From Antedon mediterranea (lineage: Eukaryota; Animalia; Echinodermata): a stretch of 64,000 nucleotides of DNA. Positions 1-13,425 of the stretch are shown one piece after another. The notes under the pieces were generated by a model. It searched no databases. It was not told the origin of the DNA and saw only the letters and a list, made by a program, of their open reading frames with translations. Within the stretch, counting starts at the first letter, position 1; each line of letters opens with the position of its first letter. Made by a program: the position numbers and the translations under genes. The stretch covers positions 16,939,237-17,003,236 of the forward strand of contig NC_092672.1 in the NCBI RefSeq assembly GCF_964355755.1, in the 5' to 3' direction.

Positions 1-1250
1 AGCCATAGTAACTAGTTATCATGTCAAAAAATGAAAGGATCGACATTTGGCCATTTTTCGAAATTTTCCTGCCGGGGACCACAGGAATTTTTTCAACAAA
101 ATAACCAAAATTTCCACCTTTTAAAATTCAATAATTAGGCTATAATATTGCCATTTATGCACATAATATTGTGTTAACATCAACTTATAGAGACATAGTA
201 ACGAGTTATGTCAAAAAAATAAAAGGGTCGAAATTTGGCCATTTTTGCGAAAATTTCCATGCGGGGGACCATAGAGATTTTTTCGAAAAATTGACAAAAT
301 TTCCAATTTCTACAATTCGAAAATTATGCTATAATATTGCAATTTATACAAATATATTGTGCTAACATCATCTTATAGAGCCATAATAACGAATTATGTC
401 AAAAAATAAAAGGGTTGAAAGTTGGCCATTTTTCGATAATTTTCCTGCGGGGGACCATAGTATTTTTTTTCGAAAAATGGACAAAATTTCCAATTTCTAA
501 AATTCGAAAATTATGCTATAATATTGCCATTTATCCAAATATATTGTGATAACATCATCTTATAGAGACATAGCAACTAGTTATGTAAAAAAAAGGGTCA
601 ACAATGGCACCATTTTCCACTTTTTAAAATAAAATAAATATGCTATAATATTTCCATTTATACAGATATATTTTGCTAACATCATCTTATAGAGTCATAG
701 TAACGAATTATATCAAATATTAAAGGGGTTGAAATTTGACAATTTTTCGAAAATTTTCCTGCGGGGGACCATAAGAATTTTTTCGAAAATGAACTAAATT
801 TCCAATTTCTAAAATTCGAAAATTATGCTATAATATTGCCATTTATGCAAATATATTGTGCTAGATCTTATAGAGCCATAGTAAAAAAAATAAAAGGGTC
901 GAAATTTTGCAATTTTTCGAAAATTTTCCTGCGGGGATCATAGGAAGTTTTTTGAAAAACAAACAAAAAATAAACTAAATTTCCACCTTTTAAAATTAAA
1001 TAATTAGGCTATAATATTGCCATTTATACAGATATATTTTGCTAACATCATCTTATAGAGCCATAGTAACTAGTTATGTCATCAAATAAAAGGGTCGAAA
1101 TTTGGCCATTTTTGGAAAATATTCCTGCGGGGGACCACAGGAATTTTTTCGAAAAATAACCAAAATTTCCACCTTTAAACTTCAATAATTAGCCTATAAT
1201 ATTGCCATTTATGCACATATATTGTGTTAACATCATCTTATAGAGCCATA
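1..1250. repeat. AT-rich satellite A array (~188-bp monomer, plus shorter ~135-140-bp deletion monomers)
   Basis: Recurring unit ATCATCTTATAGAGCCATAGTAACTAGTTATGTCAAAAAATAAAAGGGTCGAAATTTGGCC...TGCGGGGGACCATAGG...GCTATAATATTGCC; TATAATATTG recurs at ~141, ~330 and ~517. Confidence 0.95.
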
Positions 1251-2058
1251 TAGTCCAGTCAATCTATGACAAAAAAAGGCGTAACCCAAAACAAATTGCA
1301 ATAGTTTCCAAACCTTTTTTATTTGATTCTATAAGCATCTGGGAAGATCATTTCCAAAATCTACCAAAATCGGTTCAGTGGAACATACTTTTTAAGGGGT
1401 TTTAAGGTCATAGGGGTCAAATTACACATTTTTCTATTTGGAAAACTACTAGGCGTAGCATGTTAATTTTGGTGTCAAACTATTCAGAAGACCCATATTT
1501 ATATGTACTCTAATGAAACCTTTTTACCAAAAATTACAGGAAAGCATGTTTTTGACCTTTGACCTATTTTATTGTATATATTCGTATATTCGTATCTTAG
1601 TAACCAGTGGGCGTAGATGAGCGTTATTTGCGTCAAACTACTCATAAGGTCAATGTTTATATTAGTTCTAATGGAAAAGATTCGTGTAAAATGACCGGAA
1701 GTCATTATTTTGACCTTTGACACATATTCATTATTTTAGATTTCTCAGTAACTACATTTTTTATATCTCAGTAACCACTAAGCACAACTTCGTCAATTTT
1801 GTGTCAAAAGATTCAGAAGACTCATATTTATATTCACTATAGGCCTAATGAAAAAGTTTTTTTTAAAATGGATAGAAACTATGTTTTTGACCTTTGACCT
1901 ATTATACCAGTATATTTGTTTATATTTACTCTAATTAAAACAAATGCAAATGTACAATATAACCGAAAATCATTATTTTGACCGTTAACATTTTCTAGTC
2001 GTGTCATGAATAAATCTCGGGTCTCGAGTATAACATTTTAAATTTGACCAAATAATAA

Positions 2059-5000
2059 GTGCGGCGATCTGACAGACGTTGGGCTGGAATATCAACTGAT
2101 CTTGCCATAGAACAGTGTTTTATGCGTAGCATAAAAACAAGAGGAGGTCTAACAAGAGGGCGAGGATTAACAGAAATTCAACGACTTGTCTGGGTCCTTT
2201 CAACTCCAGTCTGCGCCAAGATCAATCATCCAATGCAAGAGTTCACTAACGTGTTGTATACTACCAGTGAACAACATAAAGAAACAACATATGCCAGAAA
2301 GATGAAGGACCTCAGTGATGTACAAGACATATCAAGGTATCTGACACAGCGAAATCCATTCAATACAGACAGTACAAAATCACTGACAAACATTGCAACT
2401 GGAGTGACGGCACATATCAATGTAGACTGTGACAATGCCAAGCATGTAGCAGGCCCGTAGCCAGGGGGGGGGGTTATGGTTCAGGCGAACCCCCCTTTAC
2501 AGCGACACCCCCCCCCCTTAACCGACTGCGAACCCCTATCCCCGACATCCACAATACCTCACCACACCCTCATCTCTGAAAATCCTCCAAATACAAAAGG
2601 TTGTTTGTAAATTGAAAAATTCGTGAATAACTCATACCTTATTGTTAAACAAATGAATTGGTTGCCGATTTTCACCTGAAAAATAATACGAATTTTTGGT
2701 TCCAGGATGTAACATGATATTGACGTATCATCATCATAGAGGATTATAGTGAATTTAATATACTAGATGGTACGCTCGCTTCGCTCGCGTACCATCTAGG
2801 TCGTGCCCACATATGGTTCTCGAATACATAGTAATTTCAGCGTAAAAAAACTGGCGATTTCAAAATGTAGGCCTACGTACCGCATGACTATAAAACATTT
2901 ATTTATGTATTTATGTAGTCAACCAAAATTAGCACCGTGCGAATTACTTCCAAAAGAGAAACTTCTCACAAAATGAGTCCAAATGTTTCATTTGGACTCA
3001 TTTAAACAAACCCAATTTGTATTTTGTATCTAACATTATTGAGGGTTGGGTTTTTTTTTTTAATAGGCCTATAAATAACACTAAATAGAGTAAAACATTT
3101 CCGATTTAATAACTGTTAAAATTGTCACTGTCATAGTCGATTGAAATAGTAAAGTACATGTAACGATACACCATCACGACGTTTATATTTTTTTGTAATT
3201 ATTAATTAATACAAACGTTGAGAAGCAACTATCAGTAATAAAGTATTATTATTATTATGTGTTTATAATCTAAAAGTAGGGGCTACCCACACTCACAGTA
3301 ATAAAGTTTATTAGTATATTTGTTTATATTATAATAAACAGTAGGCCTACCAACGCACACAATAAGAAATTTGCGATTCAAATGGCTATCAAAAGTGGTT
3401 AATACCTATTTACAGTATTGTATAGCTTTACAATACTATTTATGTTTATTCTCAAAGGGCCCATAAATTGACCTACTTGTGTTAAATCATGGAGGTATGC
3501 AAGCATGGTTAAACCAAATAATTTGGAATGTTCCATTCATCGCAAATCAATACATTTGTATAAACGTATATTAAATCTATCAAAATAGTATTTTTTAAAG
3601 AAAATCGGCCTGTCTTCAACATTATGATACTCTACTCGAGCTGTTCAACCGGTTTTCAGCTATTAAAAACAATTATCGTAGGAGGAGATAGGAAAATGCG
3701 AAGTATCCTCGTATTATTGTGTACAGGTATTTTTCATGAGGACATCCATTAGACAGTGTATACCACGATTGGAAAACACCCCTATTTGGGGCAAATGGTT
3801 GAACCTAAATTCGTTTTAATTGTCAATAACTAATTATCTAACTAAATTTAATTAGTAAACAGGGTTACATCAGGTGGTTAAAATCAGTACCGAGATTATA
3901 ACCAACTTTATATACCATCGAGTACACATTCTAGAAATACCGAATACCAATTGTTTATTCAAAGTCAAACTGTAACTAATCCCTCACTATTCAATCAAAA
4001 TGTTATTATACTACTATATTATTGAAAAATGGATTGCGTGACTTGAAAATAGATTGATATTAAAATGTAATAAAGACACGTTCTTGTCTGGTTATTAGGT
4101 ATGCATGCTCTGATAAAGCAGAGGATTATTTTTGTAGCGTTCCATTTAAAATAGATTTTATTACAAAGAAATATTTTGGTTGTGAAGGTCGTTTTAACAA
4201 TTAGGCTAATATCAAAACATTCAACAATGATAAAATGCCCTACAACTCTGTAACTACTTTATGACTAAGCCTATCAAGTTCCGTGTCCGGATGGTATACG
4301 ATGAAATGGAACTCAATTTCAAATTAGTGGCAGAAACAACATTTAGTATGAAATTAAGGCTGTTGCCCGGGCCACAAGGGAAACACAGTGACAGTGGGAC
4401 AGTGACCCAAATACTTAGTGTCCGAACCCCCCCCCCCTTGACAGATCCTGGCTACGGCCCTGTGTAGGTCAACAAATTGTGCAATCAATGACAAACCAAA
4501 AGGTCGCCGACTACACATTTCGGAAAAAGAGCCAATCCATTACAATGAACTCTAAAAGCGCATTGAAGATAAAAGATGATGTGGTCAATGTAGATCCTTT
4601 ACTTCTATTTCAACGACTTGTAACTGCCGGCACAAGATGCGATAATGTATCAGATATATTTAGATTGTTTGAATCACCAGATATGATGAGGTCTGCAAAT
4701 AAAGCTAGTTTAGCTGATAGTTTGTGGTCAACAGCAATCGAGGTTGCTCCAGAACCTCCTGATCAAATTCAGTACGTCTTAGATGGAGGAGCACTACTTC
4801 ATAACATTCCATGGACAAGAGGGGCTTCAGGGGTGACATTATGAGAGTATACACTAAATATGTTTCTCACAAATATGGAAAATCCATTGTTGTTTTTGAT
4901 GGGTACGATAACTCACTAAGTACAAAAGACTGTACACATACAAGGAGAAGTGGTGGTGGTGTTGTAGCTGTACACTTTGACCAATCTATGACCTTACAAA

Positions 5001-5962
5001 CCAAAAAAGAAGAATTTCTGTCAAACGTTCAAAACAAACAAAGATTCATTAAGATTTTGGGAAATAGTCTTGAAAAAGAAGGTTGTACTGTTCACCACGC
5101 AGAAGCTGACGCTGACTATCTTGTGTCGAAGATGGCTCTGTCCTACGCAGAACAAATAGGCACGGTTGTCATCGCAGATGATACAGATATCCTGGTCCTT
5201 CTTATCCACCATGGTGGTCACACCAAACATAATGTATGGTTCAAGCCAAACCAAAGGAAAGAAACTAAAAAGGTGCAACGATGTTGGAACATTGCGGCAA
5301 CAAGACTTGACCTTGGCAGCAATGTTTGTAAATATATCCTATTTTGTCACGCGTTCCTTGGATGTGACACGACATCGCGATTTTTTGGTATTGGGAAAAT
5401 CAAAGCAGTAACTAAAGTAAGAAGTGACTGTTTCTTTTCTGAACAAGCCAAAGTGTTTATGACTTGTAAGGAAAACAGACAGGAGGCAATTGCAGCGGGT
5501 AATAACGCCATTTTGTCTTTGTATGGTAGCAGCGATAATGAAAACCTAGATGAATTGAGGTTTCGTAAATTTCATGAAAAGACTACATGCAGTACTAAAG
5601 CAGTTCATCCACGTTCTTTACCCCCAACGGCATCAGCGGCAACGTATCATAGTCTAAGGGTGTACCAACAAGTTCAAGTTTGGCTTGGAAATGAAGAAAA
5701 TGTACCTCCAGATAAATATGGATGGAAGATCAGCCAAGGCAGGATGATACCATATTTGACGGACAACCCCCCAGCACCACAATTGCTCCTACAAATCATA
5801 AGATGCAAATGCAAAACAGGCTGCTAAAATATGAAATGCAGCTGTAGGAACAATGGATTAGATTGCTCCATGGCATGTAGTGAGTGTCGAGGTGTATGCG
5901 CAAACATTTCACTAGATGATAATGAATATACCGATTCTGAAGATTCAACAATGGGTTTGTAA
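2059..5962 (+). pseudogene. Academ transposase C-terminal part (TDLAIEQ..MRSIKTRGGL segment, XPG/FEN1-like PIN nuclease domain, C-terminal CXC/Cys-rich finger), disrupted
   Basis: Removing 2450-4462 plus one TSD joins ORF 2059 to ORF 4479 in frame (NAKHVGQQIVQSMT). Motifs VLDGGALLH, VVFDGY, HAEADAD, DDTDILVLL, HAFLGCDTTSRFFGIGK, LPPT, YGW. Frameshift near 4820-4840. In-frame TAA at 5825-5827 splits CKCKTGC*NMKCSCRNNGLDCSMACSECRGVC; natural stop at 5960-5962. The N-terminal transposase region is missing. Confidence 0.85.
2450..4462. mobile_element. Non-autonomous hAT-like element (5-bp TSD, hAT5-like) nested in the Academ ORF
   Basis: TIRs CAGGCCCGTAGCCAGG (2450) and CCTGGCTACGGCCCTG (ends 4462), 15/16 match; subterminal GAACCCCCC motifs; TSD TGTAG at 2445-2449 and 4463-4467; no transposase ORF inside. 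Confidence 0.8.
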
Positions 5963-7949
5963 AGTCAGACGATTGGTAAATATTCTCTACCAGGCCTATT
6001 TGGATATTTTTCTGTTTTGTGTGTTTTTAGAGTAAATATAAACAGAATAATGAATAGTTAAATGTTATCTTAGGTGCTGGTCTATGAAGAAATATAACAC
6101 CAATATATTGCCCCAATTACTAAACGTTTTCTGGATAGACATCAAAGGTAAAAATAATTACTTTCGCATTGACTATATACACAGACATTTTTTATTAGAG
6201 TGGATGTCCTTCTGAGTTGTTTGACACAAAAAATGCTCATCTAAACCCATAGTTCACAAAGATACAAATATATAAATATAATAGTTGAAAGCTTCCGGTC
6301 ATTTTCTGTAAAAATAGTTTCATTAGAGTAAATAAATATGGTTCTTCTGAATCGTTTAACACAAAAGTTACGCTTATTGGTCACCGAGATACAAAAAATA
6401 AATTTAGTGAGATATGAAATAAAGAATATATGTTAACGGTCGAAACGATGACTTTTTCATTAGAGTGAATATAAGCATAGACCTTTTGAATATTTTGACA
6501 CAAAAAATGCTCATCTACGCCCATTGGTTACAAAGATATGAATATACCAATATAATAGGTCAAAGGTCAAAAGAGTAGTTTCCGGTCATTTTTTGTAAAA
6601 AGTTTTATTATAGTGAATATAAATAAGGGTCTTCTGAATTGATTAACACAAAAATTACGAAGTTACGACTATTGGTCACCGAGATACAAAAAATTTAATT
6701 AGTAAAATAATATAAAATAATGAATATATCTCAAAGGTCAAAATGATGTCGTCTGGTCATAATACACAAAACGTTTTTATTAGAGTGAATATAAACATAG
6801 ACCTTCTGGGTATTTTGACACCAAAAACGCTTGTTTACGCCCAGTGGTTACCGAGATATGAATATGCCAAAATAATAGGTCAAAGGTCAAAAACATGGAT
6901 TCCGGTCATTTTTGATAAAAAAACTTTCATTAGAGTGAATATAAATATGGGTCTTCTGAATTGTTTGACACCAAAATTACCAAGTTCGGCCAAGCGGTTA
7001 CTGAGATATACAAATATATAATTTGACCCTCATGACCTCTTGACCCCTTAAAAAAGTATGTTCCACTGAACCGATTTTGGTAGATTTTGGAAATGTTTCT
7101 TCCAGGAACATATAGAATCAAATAAAAAAGGTTCGGAAACTATTGCAATTTGTTTTGGGTCTATCGGTAGATTGACTGGACTAATAGTAACTAGTTATCA
7201 TGTCAAAATATGAAAGGATCGACATTTGGCCATTTTTGGAAAATTTTCCTGCGGGGGACCACAGGAATTTTTTCAAAAAAATAACCAAAATGTCCACCTT
7301 TTAAAATTCAATAATTAGGCTATAATATTGCCATTTATGCACATATATTGTGTTAACATCATCTTATAGAGACATAGTAACGAGTTATGTCAAAAAATAA
7401 AAGGGTCGAAATTTGGCCATTTTTGCGAAAATTTCCCTGCGGGGGACCATAGAGATTTTTTCAAAAAATGGCGAAAATTTCAACTTTTTAAAATTCAATA
7501 ATTATTCCATTATATTGGCATATATGCAAATATATTGTGTTAGCATCATCTTATAGAGCCATCGTAACTAGTTATGTCAAAATATAAAAGGGTCAAAATT
7601 TAACAATTTATCGAAAATTTCGCTGCGGGGGACCATAAGAATTTTTCAAAAAATGGCCAAAATTTCCACTTTTTTAAATTCAGTAATTATGCTATAATAT
7701 TGCCATTTATTAACATATATTATGCTAACATCATCTTATAGAGATATCGCAACTAGTTATGTCAAAAAAATAAAAGGGTCGAAAAGTGGAAGCATTTTCC
7801 ACTTTTTAAAATTAAATAATTATGCTATAATATTGCCATTTATACAGATATATTTTGCTAGCATCATCTTATAAAACCATAGTAACGAATTATGTCCAAA
7901 AATAAAAGGGTTGAAATTTGGCCATTTTTCGAAAAATTTCTTTGCGGGG

Positions 7950-8887
7950 GGCGATTTTCTTTTTCGTACATAAGTTGGGGACCCCTCATGAAACGTCACA
8001 AAATAAACATGAATAATTCATCAGTTAAATTTGTTGTTCCGTGTGTACCCAAGCGTATAGCAACAAGTGATTACAACTGCGATACGATTCTTTCTAGTCC
8101 TAGGATTCTAGGTCAATTCATGTGATTGCCTTCGCGCACTCTTCTTCACACCATAGTCAATAGCTATTGACTATGTTCACACACACACCAACCTATGCAA
8201 AATGTGTCGAGGCTAATCGACAGCTATGCAAGACATTTAACTAAGTAGTAATTAGACATAGCCCATAGACCCACAAGAAGAATGTGTATAATTTGTGTAC
8301 TCTAATTTTTTAATTCTGCTATTTTATTATCAAACAATATGCATGTACTCAAATGAACTTTAAAAATGCCCGTTAAATTATGAACACATGAGATGGAAAG
8401 ATTAGAACCACGAGAATAAAAAATGTATTTTTGTGTAATGTAATTGTTTAATTTTGCTGACTTATTACTCGAACTGTGTCATACCAACAGTAACACACAC
8501 ACGTCACACCCACACAGACTAGGCCTACTACTAGAATAGACATGGGCTTTAGAGACTAATAATTAGGCCTAATAGTATTAATAGAAACTATAATTTTAAC
8601 ACGTAATTCTTTAGTAATACATTATATTAAAAACACTAAACTAAAGGCTGATTATTTCTACAATCCACACAAAACGCCGCTATTCTTTTATGAAATCTCA
8701 CGCCGCAACCACAGCGGAGATAGGCCTAGAATCGTATCGCAGTTGTGCACGTGTCGTGTAATCACTTCTTGTTGCTATACGCTTGGGTGGACACGGAACA
8801 AGAAAATTTAACTGATGAATTATTCATGTTTATTTTGTGACGTTTAATTAAGGGGTCCCCAACTTATGTACGAAAAAAAAAATCGCC
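7950..8887. mobile_element. MITE with ~140-bp TIRs (GGCGATTTT...AAAATCGCC); superfamily uncertain (Merlin/MuDR-like)
   Basis: Left GGCGATTTTCTTTTCGTACATAAGTTGGGGACCCC...CCCAAGCGTATAGCAAC...GCGATACGATTCT is mirrored at ~8728-8887. Duplicated target TGCGGGG (7943-7949 / 8888-8894; 7-9 bp depending on where the boundary is placed). No ORF. Confidence 0.8.
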
Positions 8888-10355
8888 TGCGGGGGAACAT
8901 AGGATTTTTTTTCAAAAATGTTAAAAAATTTCCATTGTTTAAAATTAAAAAATTATGCTATAATATTGCAATTTATGCAAATATATTGTGCTAACATCAT
9001 CTTATAGAGCCATAGTAACTAGTTATGTCAAAAAATAAAAGGTTTGAAATTTGGAAATTTTTGCAAAAATTTCCCTGCGGGGGACCATAGGAATTTTTTC
9101 GAAAAATGGCCAAAATTTCCACTTTTTAAAATTCAAAAATTATGATATAATATTGCCATTTATGCACATATATTGTGCTAACATCATCTTATAGAGCCAT
9201 AGTAACTAGTAATGTCAAAAAATAAAAGGGTCTAAATTTGGCCATTTTTCGAAAATTTCCCTGCGGGGGACCATAAGATTTTTTTTTTCGAAAAATGGCG
9301 AAAATTTACACTTTCTTAAATTCGAAAATTATGCTATAATTATTATTTACATTTTATGCAAATATATTGTGCTAACATCATCTTTTACAGCCAGAGTAAC
9401 TAGTTATGTCAAAAAATAAAACGGTCGAAATTTGGCTATTTTTCGACAATTTTCCTTTGGGGGACCATAGGAATTTAAAAAAAAAAAAAAAATATTCAAT
9501 AATTAGACTATAATATTGCCATTTATGCACATATGTTGTGTTAACATCATCTTATAGAGCCATAGTAACTAGTTATGTCAAAAATAAAAGGTTTGAAATT
9601 TCGCCGTTTTTGCGAACATTTCCCTGGGGGGACCAAAGGAATTTTTTCGAAAAATGACTAAAATTTCCACTTTTTAAAATTCAAAAATTATGCTATAATA
9701 TTGCCGTTTATGCACATATATTGTGCTGACATCATCTTATAGAGCCATAGCAACTACTTATGTCAAAATATAAAAGGGTCGAAAATAGCAAACATTTTAC
9801 ACTTTTTAAACATAAATAATTATGCTATAATTTTGCCATTTATGGACATATATTGTGTTAACATCATCTTATAGAGCCATCGTAACTAGTTATGTCAAAA
9901 AGTAAAAGGGTCAAAATGTTGCCAATTTTTGAAAATTTCCCTCTGGGGGACCATAGGATTTTTTTTCCGAAAAGGGCCAAAATTTCAAATTTTTTTAATT
10001 CTATAATTATGCTATAATATTGCCATTTATGCAAATATATTGTGTTGAAATTTCGCCATTTTTGCGACAATTTCCCTGCGGGGGACCTAACGATTTTTTT
10101 TCGAAAAATGGAAAAAATTTCCAATTTTTTAAATTCTATAATTAGGCTATAGTATTGCCATTTATGCACATATATTGTGCTAACATCATCTTATAGAGCC
10201 ACAGCAACTACTTATGTCAAAATATAAAAAGGTCGAAAACGACCAAAATATCCACCTTTTAAAATCCAATAATTAGACTATAATATTGTCATTTATGCAC
10301 ATATATTGTGTTAACATCATCTTATACAGCCATAGTAACTCGTTATGTCAAAAAA

Positions 10356-10543
10356 CAAGGCCAACAACAATAAGTTGCGTGCTCTCAGAAATAAATGAAC
10401 TTTCAAAAAGTAATGTACTTTAAAACTTTTCTGTACATCAAAACAGTTCAAAAGTACAGAAAAGCGATAAAACGCAAAGTGATACCGGACCGACAGGCAG
10501 ACCGACCGACATAGTGAACTGTAGAGTCGCGTCCACGCGACTA
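10356..10543. mobile_element. Short HINE/DINE-1-like (Helentron-associated) non-autonomous insert
   Basis: About 190 bp of non-satellite sequence inserted in the A-run of the satellite with no TSD; contains a (GACC/GACA)-type microsatellite and a terminal hairpin AGTCGCGT-CC-ACGCGACT (10525-10542). Confidence 0.6.
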
Positions 10544-11834
10544 ATAAAAGGTTTGAAGTTTGGCCATTTTTGCGAAAATTTCCCTGGGGGGGATCGGACC
10601 ATAGGAATTTTTTCGAAAAATGGCAAAAAAATCATATTTTCAAAATTCTATAATTAGGCTATAATATTGCCATTTATGCGCATATATTGTTTTAACATCA
10701 TCTTATAGAGCCATAGTAACTAGTTATGTCAAGAAATAAATAAGTCGAAATTTGGCCATTTTTGCGAAAAATTTCCCTGCGGGGAACCATAGGATTTTTT
10801 TTTCGAAAAATGGTCAAAATTTCCATTGTTTAAAATTCCAAAATTATGCTATAATATTGCCATTTATGCAAATAATTATATTGTGCTAACATCATCTTAT
10901 AGAGCTATAGTAACTAGTTATGTCAAAAAATAAAAGGATCAAAATTTGGCCATTTTTCGAAAATTTCCCTGCTGGGGACCATAGGAATTTTTTGAAAAAT
11001 GGCAAAAATTTCCACTTTTTAAAATTCAATAATTATGCTATAATATTGGCATTTATGCAAATATATTGTGTTAACATCATCTTATAGAGACATAGCAGCT
11101 AGTTATGTCAAAAAAATAAAAGGGTCGAAAAATGGCCAAAATTCCCACTTTATAAAATTCAATAATTATGCTATAATATTGCCATTTTTGCAAATATATT
11201 GTGCTAACATCATCTTATAGAGCCATAGTAACTAGTTATGTCAAAAAATAAAAGGGTTAAATTTTGGCCATTTTTGCGAAAATTTCCCTTGGGGGTGTGG
11301 GGGACCATAGGAATTTTTTCGAAAAATGAATAAAATTTCCACTTTTTAAAATTCACAAATTATGCTATAATATTGCCATTTATGCACATATATTGTACTG
11401 ACATCATCTTATAGAGCCATAGCAACTACTTATGTCAAAATATAAAAGGGTCGAAAATGGCAAAAATTTTACACTTTTTAAAATTAAATAATTATGCTAA
11501 AATTTTGCCATTTATGGACATATATTGTGTTAACATCATCTTATAGAGCCATCGTAACTAGTTATGTCAAAAAATAAGAGGGTTAAAATTTTGGAAATTT
11601 TCGAAAATTTCCCTCTTGGGGACTATAGGAATTTTTTTGTAAAAGGGCCAAAATTTCCAATTTTTTAAATTCTATAATTATGCTATAATATTGCCATTTA
11701 TGCAAATATATTGTGTTAACATCATCTTATAGAGCCATAGTAACTAGTTATGTCAAAAAATAAAAGGGTCGAAATTTAGCCATTTTTCCTGCTGAGGACC
11801 ATAAGATTTTTTTTCGAAAAATGGCGAAAATTTA

Positions 11835-13350
11835 CTCTCTCTCGCTGATCTATCTCTCTCTCTCGCTGATCTATCTCTCTCTCGCTGATCTATCTCTCTC
11901 TCGCTGATCTATCTCTCTCTCGCTGATCTATCTCTCTCTCGCTGATCTATCTCTCTCTCGCTGATCTATCTCTCTCTCTCGCTGATCTATCTCTCTCTCG
12001 CTGATCTATCTCTCTCTCGCTGATCTATCTCTCTATCGCTGATCTATCTCTCTCGCTGATCTATCACTCTCTCTCACTGATCTATATCTCTCTCTCTCGC
12101 TGATCTATCTATCTCTCTCTCGCTGATCTATCTATTTCTCTCTCGCTGATCTATCTATCTCTCTCTCTCGCTGATCTATCTATCTCTCTCTCGCTGATCT
12201 ATCTATCTCTCGCTGATCTATCTCTCTCTCGCTGATCTATCTCTCTCTCGCTGATCTATCTCTCTCTCGCTGATCTATCTCTCTCTCGCTTATCTATCTC
12301 TCTCTTGCTGATCTATCTATCTCTCGCTGATCTATCTCTCTCTCGCTGATCTATCTATCTCTCTCTCGCTGATCTATCCTGCTCTCTCTCTCGCTGATCT
12401 ATCTATCTCTCTCTGATCTATCTCTCTCTCGCTGATCTATCTATCTCTCTCTCGCTAATCTATCTATCTCTCTCTCGCTGATCTATCTATCTCTCTCGCT
12501 GATCTATCTATCTCTCTCTCTCGCTGATCTATCTATCTCTCTCTCTCTCGCTGATCTATCTCTCTCTCGCTGATCTATCTATCTCTCTCTCGCTGATCTA
12601 ACTCTCTCTCGCTGATCTATCTATCTCTCTCTCGCTGATCTATCTCTTTCTCGCTGATCTATCTATCTCTCTCTCGCTGATCTATCTATCTCTCGCTGAT
12701 ATATCTATCTCTCTCTCTCTCATCTATCTCTCTCTCGCTGATCTATCTCTCTCTCGCTGATCTATGTATCTCTCTGTCGCTGATCTATCTATCTCTCTCT
12801 CGCTGATCTATCTGTCTCTCGCTGATCTATCTGTCTCTCGCTGATCTATCTCTCTCTCGCTGATCTATCTATCTCTCTCTGGCTGATCTATCTTTCTCTC
12901 GCTGATCTATCTATCTCTCTCGCTGATCTATCTCTCTCTCGCTGATCTATCTATCTCTCTCGCTGATCTATCTATCTCTCTCTCGCTGATCTATCTCTCT
13001 CTCGATGTTCTATATATCTCTCTCTCGCTGATCTATCTCTCTCGCTGATCTATCTATCTCTCTCTCGCTGATCTATATCTCTCTCGCTGATCTATCTCTC
13101 TCGCTGATCTATTTCTCTGTCGCTGATCTCTCTATCTGTCGCTGATCTATCTCTCTCTCGCTGATCTATCTCTCTCTCGCTGATCTATCTCTCTCTCGCT
13201 GATCTATCTCTCTCTCGCTGATCTATCTCTCTCGCTGATCTATCTCTCTCTCGCTGATCTATCTCACTCTAGCTGATCTATCTCTTTCTCGCTGATCTAT
13301 CTCTCTCTCGCTGATCTATCTCTTTCTCGCTGATTTATCTCTCTCGCGCT

Positions 13351-13425
<75 letters not shown>

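Larger units (their letters stand above)
1251..7183 (+). mobile_element. Academ (AcademX-type) DNA transposon, internally deleted and non-functional
   Basis: Ends TAGTCCAGTCAATCTA (1251) and TAGATTGACTGGACTA (ends 7183), followed by long imperfect TIRs (AAAATCTACCAAAATCGGTTCAGTGGAACATACTTTTTAAGGG and its reverse complement) and subterminal tandem repeats. 3-bp TSD ATA (1248-1250 / 7184-7186); removing the element restores satellite CCATAGTAACTAG. Internal XPG-like and Cys-rich coding remnants fit Academ. Confidence 0.85.
7184..11834. repeat. Satellite A array (continued), interrupted by a MITE and a HINE-like insert
   Basis: The same ~188-bp monomer resumes in register after the Academ TSD. 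Confidence 0.95.
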
